DNA of 64,000 nucleotides from Candidatus Nanoarchaeia archaeon (GTDB lineage Archaea > Nanobdellota > Nanobdellia > Woesearchaeales > ARS49): NCBI GenBank assembly GCA_041488275.1, contig JBGPOY010000003.1, positions 78,092 through 142,091 on the forward strand, written 5' to 3'. Below the pieces are notes generated by a model. It was not told the DNA's origin and did no database searches. It saw nothing but the letters and a program-made list of their open reading frames with translations. This document shows positions 50,561-57,852 of the stretch, piece by piece (positions within the stretch are counted from its first letter, which is position 1; every line of letters begins with the position of its first letter). A program made the translations under genes and the position numbers.

Positions 50561-52043
50561 GGAATATCTCGTTTCCGCCGAGGGCGCGACCGCGAACGTC
50601 ACGATTCGCGGAGAAGGAACCACCGCGCGCACGTACGACGTCTCCATTCCGCGCATCGCCGCGGGAACGCAGGCATTGCTGGAGGACATCAAGCGCCAGC
50701 TCGCCGCGACGCTGAGCGTCAGTCCGGCGGAACTGCTCGACAACAACGCGGTCGCCTCGCTCAAACAGAAAGTCGCGATGGACGCGCGCACCATGCTCAC
50801 GGCGCGATTGCCCGAAACGCAGGAGCAGCTGCGCGATTTGCTCGTTACTTCAATTCTCAACAGCACGCTCGGCTTGGGCGACATCGAATACCTGCTCAAC
50901 GACCCCGTGCTGGAAGAAATCGTCATCCCCTCGGCAAACGCCCGCGTGCGCGTCTACCACAAAAAGCACGGCTGGCTGGAAACCAATGTTGTCGTCTCGA
51001 GCGAGCAGCAGGTGCAGAACTACGCGAGCATCATCGCCCGAAGAGTAGGCAAGCAAGTCACGACGCTCACGCCGCTGCTTGACGCTGCGCTCACGACCGG
51101 AGACCGCGCGAACGCCGTGCTCTATCCCATCTCGAGCAAGGGCAACACCATTACCATCAGAAAGTTCGCGCGCGAGCCGTGGACGATTGTCGACCTCGTC
51201 ACCAACGGCACGATTTCGTCCGGCGTCGCCGCCCTCCTGTGGACCGCGATTCAGTACGAAATGAACATTCTTGTCTCGGGCGGCACGGCGTCGGGAAAAA
51301 CGTCGCTGCTCAACGTCATGCTCGCGTTCATGCCGCCCAACCACCGTATCCTGAGCATCGAGGACACGCGCGAACTGCAGCTGCCCGACCATCTGTTCTG
51401 GGCGCCGCTCACGACACGCGCGCCCGGTCCGGAAGGCGAGGGCGAAGTCACGATGCTCGACCTGCTCGTCAACGCGCTGCGTATGCGCCCCGACCGCATT
51501 GTCCTCGGAGAAGTGCGCCGCCAGCGCGACGCGGAAGTGATGTTCGAGGCGATGCATACCGGCCACTCGGTATACGCGACCGTCCACGCGGACTCGGCGC
51601 AGGAGACCATTCGCCGGCTCGTGTTCCCGCCCATCAGCGTGCCGCCGAACCTCCTGCAGGCGGTGAACCTCAACGTCGTGATGTTCCGCGACCGCCGCAG
51701 GGGAATCCGCCGCGTCTCGCAGGTCGCCGAATTCGTGACGGCGGAAGAAGGCGAACGCGTCACGGTCAAGCCGAACGTCATTTACCGCTGGCTTCCGGAC
51801 GAGGACACCATCGTTCCGTTCAACAACAGCCTCCGCTTCTTCGAAGACCTGTCGCGGCACACCGGACTCACGCAGGACGACATCACCGCCAACGTGATGG
51901 ACCGCAAGGCGGTGCTTGACTGGCTCGTGCAGACGAAACAGCGCGACCTCGCGTCCGTCGGGAGAATCATGCAGGAATTCGCGCTCGACCCCGCCAAGGT
52001 CATCAGGCAGGCGCGCACCGCGCTGAAGCGTTCCGAGGGATAA
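50547..52043 (+). CDS. Type IV pilus/archaellum-type assembly ATPase (FlaI/ArlI/PilB, GspE-VirB11 superfamily)
   Basis: Walker A VSGGTASGKTS, SIEDTRELQL, RPDRIVLGEVR and HTGHSVYATVHA motifs. Confidence 0.95.
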   Translation: MDVVEEYLVSAEGATANVTIRGEGTTARTYDVSIPRIAAGTQALLEDIKRQLAATLSVSPAELLDNNAVASLKQKVAMDARTMLTARLPETQEQLRDLLVTSILNSTLGLGDIEYLLNDPVLEEIVIPSANARVRVYHKKHGWLETNVVVSSEQQVQNYASIIARRVGKQVTTLTPLLDAALTTGDRANAVLYPISSKGNTITIRKFAREPWTIVDLVTNGTISSGVAALLWTAIQYEMNILVSGGTASGKTSLLNVMLAFMPPNHRILSIEDTRELQLPDHLFWAPLTTRAPGPEGEGEVTMLDLLVNALRMRPDRIVLGEVRRQRDAEVMFEAMHTGHSVYATVHADSAQETIRRLVFPPISVPPNLLQAVNLNVVMFRDRRRGIRRVSQVAEFVTAEEGERVTVKPNVIYRWLPDEDTIVPFNNSLRFFEDLSRHTGLTQDDITANVMDRKAVLDWLVQTKQRDLASVGRIMQEFALDPAKVIRQARTALKRSEG

Positions 52044-52925
52044 ATGCGGCTTCCCGTGACGCTGCTCCCGGGGCTGGCGCTCCACCGCATTACCACCCCG
52101 CTCACGGGCGTCGCGAGCGGTCTTGAAATCGCGTTTCCTTTTCTGAAGCTGCATTTGCGGCACGCGGACATCAAAATGAGTTCCGCGGAATATCTCGCGG
52201 CAAACATCGTGTCCAGCGCGGTTTTCGGCGCTGCGGTATTCGCAATCGCGCTGTTCGTCACCTTGACTGCAGGTCTCACTCCGCCCCTGCTCATTTCCCT
52301 CGGCGCGGGGTTGATTATCGCGGTGCTGGTCTGGTTCCAGAATCTGCTCGTTCCGAAAGCGCTCATCGCGAAGAAAGTTTCGAGCCTCGAACGCAACCTG
52401 ATTCCCGCGCTGAGCGACATGCTCGTGCAGCTGCACTCCGGCATTCCGCTGTTCGACATTCTCGTCAACATCGCGAACGGCGATTACGGCGCGGTGTCCA
52501 CGGAGTTCAAGCGCGCCGTGCGCCGCATCTCGTCGGGAGAAAGCCAGGTGTCCGTGCTTGAAGAACTCGCTACGGGAAACCCGAGCGTGTTTTTCCGACG
52601 CCTCCTTTCCCAAGTCGTCAACGCGCTGAAAACAGGAGCAAGCATCAGTTCCGTCCTGACGGACGGCATCACGCGGCTGAGCGATGAACAGGTCATTCAA
52701 ATCCAGAAGTACGGCGGCTACCTCAACAGTCTGACGATGTTTTACCTGATGACCGCGGTCATCGCGCCCGCGCTGCTGATGACCGGCGCGGTTGTCCTGT
52801 CGTTCTTCTTTTCCGTGACGCCGTTCTGGACCGCCATCGGATTTGTCGTCATTTACTTCATGGTCGTCTTCATCCAGGTCGCGTTCCTCGGCATGCTGCG
52901 CACGCGGAGGCCGAACCTGCTGTGA
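52044..52925 (+). CDS. T2SS-F-domain platform protein, first half (TadB/FlaJ-like)
   Basis: 293 aa with 3-4 TM helices flanking a cytoplasmic helical domain (LIPALSDMLVQLHSGIPLFDIL). Confidence 0.85.
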   Translation: MRLPVTLLPGLALHRITTPLTGVASGLEIAFPFLKLHLRHADIKMSSAEYLAANIVSSAVFGAAVFAIALFVTLTAGLTPPLLISLGAGLIIAVLVWFQNLLVPKALIAKKVSSLERNLIPALSDMLVQLHSGIPLFDILVNIANGDYGAVSTEFKRAVRRISSGESQVSVLEELATGNPSVFFRRLLSQVVNALKTGASISSVLTDGITRLSDEQVIQIQKYGGYLNSLTMFYLMTAVIAPALLMTGAVVLSFFFSVTPFWTAIGFVVIYFMVVFIQVAFLGMLRTRRPNLL

Positions 52926-53863
52926 GACCGCACGGACTCCGCGCACGGTTTGCGATGGCGTTAGATCACGCAGGGTTGCGCGTGCGCGTCGGAAGGTTCC
53001 TCGGCACCACCGCGATGCTGTCGCTGGTCGCGGGAATTATCGTCGGGATGGTTGCAGCGCTGCTCGGGCAGAGCGGCTGGCTGTTTGGGGTGGGCGCGTT
53101 TGTGCTCGGGGAAATCGGCTGGGCGTTCTGGCTCGTGCTCCGCGCGGACGCGAAATCCCAGTTCATTGAAAGCGTGCTTCCCGACGCGATGGACCTGATG
53201 GCCGCGAATTTGCGCGCCGGACTGACGACCGACCGCGCGTTGCTGCTCGCCTCCCGGCCGGAATTCGGACCGCTACAGGAAGAGCTCGACCGCGCCGGGC
53301 GCGAAATCGCGCTGGGGAGAAGCGTTCCGGACGCGCTCGCCGCCCTCGGCGCGCGCATTTCCTCGGAGCGCGTGCGCAAGACGCTCGCCCTCATCATTTC
53401 CGGGCTGCGCTCGGGCGGCAGGCTCGCGGAACTGCTGTCGCAGGCGTCGCTCGCGCTCAAACAGCAGACGGTCGTGGAGCGCAAAGTCGCGAGTACCGTG
53501 ACCGTCTACGTGATTTTCATTTTCACCGCGGTCGTGCTGGGCGCGCCGTTTTTGTTTGCCGTGAGCGCGTTCCTGACCGAAACGCTTTCGGGAATTATCG
53601 GGAACATTGACATCAGCGACGTGCCTACGGGATTTCTTCCCGGAGTGACGCCCGGCGCGGGGCTTCCGCTCGAAGCGGTCACGATTCTTGCGGTCGCGCT
53701 GCTGCTCACCATCGGACTGGTCTCCTGCTTGGTCGCCGGACAAATCGGGACGGGCAGAATGCGATCCGGTGTCAAATACGCGCCGTTGGTGCTGCTCAAT
53801 GTCGCGCTGTTCTTCCTCATTCGCTGGGGGCTGAAGGCGGGATTGGGCGTCCTTTTCGGGTAA
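52922..53863 (+). CDS. T2SS-F-domain platform protein, second half (TadC/FlaJ-like)
   Basis: 313 aa with LPDAMDLMAANLRAGLTTDRAL. GTG start overlapping the upstream stop. Confidence 0.85.
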   Translation: MRPHGLRARFAMALDHAGLRVRVGRFLGTTAMLSLVAGIIVGMVAALLGQSGWLFGVGAFVLGEIGWAFWLVLRADAKSQFIESVLPDAMDLMAANLRAGLTTDRALLLASRPEFGPLQEELDRAGREIALGRSVPDALAALGARISSERVRKTLALIISGLRSGGRLAELLSQASLALKQQTVVERKVASTVTVYVIFIFTAVVLGAPFLFAVSAFLTETLSGIIGNIDISDVPTGFLPGVTPGAGLPLEAVTILAVALLLTIGLVSCLVAGQIGTGRMRSGVKYAPLVLLNVALFFLIRWGLKAGLGVLFG

Positions 53864-53950
53864 GCAAGATTTATAAAGCGCCCGTGCATTAAGCACGGTA
53901 AAAAGGGTGTAGTATGAACGTCACGAACCAAGTGCGTTCCTGGGGGAGTT

Positions 53951-54520
53951 ATGGCTGAGAACATCCTAAAGACCCTGCAGGACAACAAGATTGTGTTGTT
54001 TATTTCTTCGCAGAACTCTCACGCGGATACGCTGGCCGAAGTCGCCCGTCAGGCACAGCGCGTGTATGCCGCTCTGGCCATCATCAGTTACCGCACGACA
54101 TCAGGGGCGCTTGAAGCCGCGCTTTCCAAAGCGGGCGTCAAGACCAAGAACTGTTTCTTTCTTGACCCGCTGACGGGCAACGCAAAAAAAGCGTCGGCAA
54201 ACACCCTGCTCACGTCATCACCCGCAGACTTCACTGAAATGGGACTGAGCATCAGCGAACTGCTCAAGACGGGAAACTTTCCCTTTGTATTGTTTGACAG
54301 CCCCGCGGCAATGCTGCTGTACCAAGACCACGAAACCGTGCTGCAATTTATGCACAGCATCATCACCAAATGCCGCGTCGCGGGCATCCAGCTCGCGTTC
54401 GTTGCCGTCGAATCCGCCGCAAGCCAGGAATTAATCAAGGACCTGCACTTGTTCGTCGACGACGTGCTGAACCTTGAGGAAGGAACGACCGGCGCCCGCC
54501 TTGTCGAGGCGTTCAAATGA
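53951..54520 (+). CDS. P-loop-less RecA/KaiC-like paralogue
   Basis: ALAIISYRTT...CFFLDPLT...FTEMGLSI...FVLFDSPAAMLLYQ. Same family as 46894 and 54547. Confidence 0.7.
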   Translation: MAENILKTLQDNKIVLFISSQNSHADTLAEVARQAQRVYAALAIISYRTTSGALEAALSKAGVKTKNCFFLDPLTGNAKKASANTLLTSSPADFTEMGLSISELLKTGNFPFVLFDSPAAMLLYQDHETVLQFMHSIITKCRVAGIQLAFVAVESAASQELIKDLHLFVDDVLNLEEGTTGARLVEAFK

Positions 54521-54546
54521 GCCTGCTGCAGGTCAGGTGAGCGAGC

Positions 54547-55092
54547 GTGGCGGGGATGGAGCTCAGCAAGGAACTGCAAGGACTCGCGTCCGCGTTCAGC
54601 ATGCTCGTTATCACGTCCACCCGTAAACTGGGCGACGCCACGACGGAAGTAATCGACTATTTCACGCGCCAAGGAACGCCCGGCGTGCTGGTGACGTTCA
54701 GCAAGCCCCATCAGGCGCTGGTGGAACAGCTGCACCGCCAGCATATCGAAACGTCCCGTCTTTTTTTTGTCGATACCATTCCCGGAACAGGCCGCGAGCG
54801 CGAGGACAACGCGCTGCACGTGCAGAGTCCGAGCGCGCTGACCGACATCAGCATCGCAATCTCGCAGTTCGCCCACAGCGTCCCGGGCGATCGCTTTGTG
54901 TTCGTGGACGCCATCAACGCGCTGCGCGCGTACAACGATGACGCGGACATTGAGCGGTTCGTCGGAGCCATCGCGGCAAAAAGCGCAACGCTCGGATTGA
55001 AAGTCGTTCTCATGTATATCCGAGACCCCGCGCTCGAGAGTTTGGAGCGCACCGTCTATCAATTTTTTGAGAAGGTGGTCGAACTTGGCTAA
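54547..55092 (+). CDS. P-loop-less RecA/KaiC-like paralogue
   Basis: GVLVTFSKPH...LFFVDTIP...LTDISIAI...FVFVDAINALRAYN. GTG at 54547, with the ATG at 54556 as an alternative. Confidence 0.7.
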   Translation: MAGMELSKELQGLASAFSMLVITSTRKLGDATTEVIDYFTRQGTPGVLVTFSKPHQALVEQLHRQHIETSRLFFVDTIPGTGREREDNALHVQSPSALTDISIAISQFAHSVPGDRFVFVDAINALRAYNDDADIERFVGAIAAKSATLGLKVVLMYIRDPALESLERTVYQFFEKVVELG

Positions 55093-55381
55093 CACGCTCA
55101 CCGCCGCCGTGCTGATTGCGGTCCTGCTGCTGCAGGCCGCGACCGTGCTCTTTGCGTACCGCGCGTGGCGCAGGACCGCGGGCGGACTGCGCACGTTCGT
55201 CGTGCTGCTGCTCATCGCGGGATTCCTGCTGATGCTCCGCACCGTCGTGCATTCCGCACGTTATTTGCTGGGGCTGAACTACATCGCGCACGTGTTGGAG
55301 CACATCATCATTTTCGCCGCATTCGTCGTGATGACCGCGGGCGCGCTGCTCATGCACCGGCTCGCAAAGGGGATGACCTGA
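55067..55381 (+). CDS. Small membrane protein (3 TM helices)
   Basis: Uses a TTG start (55067 or 55085). It overlaps the preceding gene. Confidence 0.5.
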   Translation: MRRWSNLANTLTAAVLIAVLLLQAATVLFAYRAWRRTAGGLRTFVVLLLIAGFLLMLRTVVHSARYLLGLNYIAHVLEHIIIFAAFVVMTAGALLMHRLAKGMT

Positions 55382-55932
55382 TGATTGACGCAGCGCTTGC
55401 CGGAACGTTGATTTTCAATTTGACGTACGCGACTATCGCGCTCATCATTGTCATTCTCGCAGGAAAAACAATGCTGTACTTCCGCGTCAGGAAGTCGCGG
55501 TTCGGCACGATTCTCCTGCTGTTAATGCTGATGATGTTCTTGTTCCTGATCGCGGAACTGTTCCATTTGGCCGACATGCGGGGCGCGCTTGCGCAATCAG
55601 AACTGTATTACAGCATCACGTCCGTCGCGGGGTTCATTGTATTTGCGCTGCTGATGCAGCGCATCCAGGCATTCAGCCAGAGCGTCGGCTTTGCGCAAAG
55701 CGATTTTGCGATGGCGCTGAAAGTGCAGAACCAGCTGTGCACGGTTTGCCGCCGAGTCTCGCTCAAGGTTCCCGTGTCGACGCTGCTGAAAGAAAACATC
55801 ATCACGCCCGACGGCACGCTGAAAGAGGGCGTGACGGTCGAGCAGCTCGTTGACCGCGGCATGGCGGTGCATCCTCCGCACACCGCTCCGGCAAAAACCG
55901 CTTCCGCCAGAAAAAAGAGGCGCAGCAAGTGA
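55381..55932 (+). CDS. Membrane protein (4 TM helices) with a basic C-terminal tail
   Basis: The start was trimmed to MIDAALAG (TGATG junction). Contains the CTVC pair. Confidence 0.65.
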   Translation: MIDAALAGTLIFNLTYATIALIIVILAGKTMLYFRVRKSRFGTILLLLMLMMFLFLIAELFHLADMRGALAQSELYYSITSVAGFIVFALLMQRIQAFSQSVGFAQSDFAMALKVQNQLCTVCRRVSLKVPVSTLLKENIITPDGTLKEGVTVEQLVDRGMAVHPPHTAPAKTASARKKRRSK

Positions 55933-56957
55933 CCGACAGCGAGGAAGCGGTCCAAGGCGTTGAAGTTCCTTCCTTTGACAAGCCGCGCAAGAAAGGGCTG
56001 CTGAAAAAAGCGGAGGGCGTCAAGAAAGGTCAGGACGCCGCGGCGGATGACATCGTGAAAGCGCGCGCCGCGGAACTGACCATCGAAACTCCGCAAGAGG
56101 CGCGCGAAGAACGTTCTGAAGTTCCCGCCGCGTTTGACATGGCCGCAATCAAGGAAGCGATTGAGTCACGGCTGAAACGCAGGGAAGGACCTTCCGAAAT
56201 CTCGCTGGAGACCGGCAACGTCATCCCGGGAACCGAAACCGGCGAAGCTCGGCGCAAGGATTCAGTAATCGAACGCGTTCCCTCGGGCATTCCCGGTCTT
56301 GATAGTCAAACCGAGGGCGGCTTCGTGAAGCGGAGCATCAATCTCGTGACGGGAAGCCCGGGCGCGGGCAAAACCATCTTCGCCGCGCAGTTTATTATTT
56401 CGGGCATCGAACAGCATCAGGAGCCGGGTCTCTACATTTCTTTTGAGGAGAAAAAAGAGAATTTTCTCAAGTACATGAAACAGTTCGGCTGGGATTTTGA
56501 GAAGCACGAAAAAACAAACAAGTTCGCGTTTCTCCGCTACAGCCCCGAGCAAGTGCACAAGCTGCTCACCGAAGGCGGAGGCCTGGTCGACACGCTCGTG
56601 CGCAAGCTGGGCGTGAAGCGCATCTGCATCGACAGCATCAGCGCGTTCACCCTGCTCTTCAAAGACGAGCTTTCGGCGCGCGAATCTCTGCTGGGACTGT
56701 TCGAGATGATCGAGGGATGGGGCGCAACGACGCTCCTGACCGCGGAGCAGGAAGCGGAGCCCGAACGCCACGAACCCAGCGTCGTTGAGTTCGAGGTCGA
56801 TTCCGTCATTTCCCTGTACAACTTCCGCAAGAAGAACATCCGCCAGCGCGTCGCCGAAATTATCAAGATGCGCGGCACCCGCTTTGCGCAGAAGGTCTTT
56901 CCCATCAAGATCGGGGACGACGGGATGGTCTTCTATCCGGAAGAAGCGGCGTTTTAA
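55929..56957 (+). CDS. KaiC-like ATPase, intact Walker A, with a roughly 110-aa charged N-terminal extension
   Basis: VPSGIPGLDSQTEGGFVKRSINLVTGSPGAGKT and ICIDSIS motifs. The extension contains KKGLLKKAEG. GTG start (GTGA overlap). Confidence 0.9.
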   Translation: MTDSEEAVQGVEVPSFDKPRKKGLLKKAEGVKKGQDAAADDIVKARAAELTIETPQEAREERSEVPAAFDMAAIKEAIESRLKRREGPSEISLETGNVIPGTETGEARRKDSVIERVPSGIPGLDSQTEGGFVKRSINLVTGSPGAGKTIFAAQFIISGIEQHQEPGLYISFEEKKENFLKYMKQFGWDFEKHEKTNKFAFLRYSPEQVHKLLTEGGGLVDTLVRKLGVKRICIDSISAFTLLFKDELSARESLLGLFEMIEGWGATTLLTAEQEAEPERHEPSVVEFEVDSVISLYNFRKKNIRQRVAEIIKMRGTRFAQKVFPIKIGDDGMVFYPEEAAF

Positions 56958-57059
56958 CTCATAAGACATTCATACTCACATAGTAAGTAAATAGAATCAA
57001 GGGGTGGAGGATGTAGCTTCTCAAGAAGCCAGTTCTCGCTCCTAGAAAAGAAAGTAGGA

Positions 57060-57080
57060 AATACTTACAAGATAAGTATT
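57060..57080. promoter_or_regulatory. Inverted repeat AATACTTA-CAAGA-TAAGTATT
   Basis: Perfect 8-nt arms, read directly from the sequence. Confidence 0.6.
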
Positions 57081-57112
57081 CTCAACTCATTCAATATCAA
57101 AGTAAGAAAATA

Positions 57113-57131
57113 ATACTTACAAAGTAAGTAT
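57113..57131. promoter_or_regulatory. Inverted repeat ATACTTAC-AAA-GTAAGTAT
   Basis: Perfect 8-nt arms with a 3-nt spacer. Confidence 0.6.
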
Positions 57132-57207
57132 CATCTCCCTACAACTCCGTTCTCAGACCTGCTGAAAACTTACATAATGTGTATACTGGTTCACTAAAAT
57201 GAAAATC

Positions 57208-57239
57208 TTTATATAAGGGAATACTTACAGAGTAGGTAA
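57208..57239 (+). promoter_or_regulatory. TATA box TTTATATAA (57208-57216) followed by the imperfect inverted repeat ATACTTAC-AGA-GTAGGTAA (57221-57239)
   Basis: The repeat sits between the TATA box and the expected transcription start, which is a classical repressor position in archaea. Confidence 0.5.
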
Positions 57240-57270
57240 TTCGTTCGGCCGAAGAGAGTAGTGAGTAACG

Positions 57271-57852
57271 TTGAATAAAAAAGAGGGAGCTGCTAAGGTA
57301 CACCCTGCTCTGTCCAAAGAGCACGCTGACTTCTTACACAAGTATTACGCCAACGCCAGCAAGGAGGAACTCCTCGAAGCGTTCATCGCTCACCTCCAGA
57401 AAGAACACGCTCTCTCGAACGAAGAAGTCGACCACCTGCTGACCGAGGCAAAGCAGCACCAGGAAACCCTCCTCCCGGTGAATATCTTCCAGACCGAAGC
57501 TCTTTCTTCCCTTGAAGCCATCGTCAAGTACCTGAAGGAAAACAAGCACCTGTCCTTCCACGAGATCGCGGTCCTGCTGGCGCGCGACGACCGCACCATC
57601 TGGACGACGTACTCCAAGTCGCGCACCAAGATGATCGCGCCCTTCCATCTTCTGCCGAGCAAGCATGTCGTGCCTGCCGTGCTCTTCGCCGAACGAAGAC
57701 TGTCGGTTCTTGAGACGTTAGCTCACTACCTCAAGGACACGCTGCATCTGAGCCTGCACGACATCGCCACGCTGCTGAACCGGGATGACAGGACCATCTG
57801 GACCGTGTGCAGCCGCGCGCAGAAGAAACTCGCGAAGGGAGGTGCGCCATGA
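57271..57852 (+). CDS. Duplicated helix-turn-helix protein (two LuxR/sigma70-region-4-like HTH repeats), putative regulator
   Basis: LSSLEAIVKYLKENKHLSFHEIAVLLARDDRTIWTTYSKSRTKM and LSVLETLAHYLKDTLHLSLHDIATLLNRDDRTIWTVCSRAQKKL. TTG is the only start available after the in-frame stop at 57262. Confidence 0.65.
   Translation: MNKKEGAAKVHPALSKEHADFLHKYYANASKEELLEAFIAHLQKEHALSNEEVDHLLTEAKQHQETLLPVNIFQTEALSSLEAIVKYLKENKHLSFHEIAVLLARDDRTIWTTYSKSRTKMIAPFHLLPSKHVVPAVLFAERRLSVLETLAHYLKDTLHLSLHDIATLLNRDDRTIWTVCSRAQKKLAKGGAP

Larger units (their letters stand above)
56958..57270. other. AT-rich intergenic control region (locally about 25-40% G+C by eye, against about 58-60% in the flanks)
   Basis: For example, 57061-57120 has 14 G+C out of 60. 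It contains the three inverted repeats listed below plus extra GTAAGTA half-sites. Confidence 0.8.

Noticed and set aside
50850-52946. 698-aa minus-strand ORF
   Set aside because: It is antisense to the FlaI-like ATPase and the first platform gene, both of which carry unambiguous motifs. The translation is R/H/D/V-rich with no recognisable domain.
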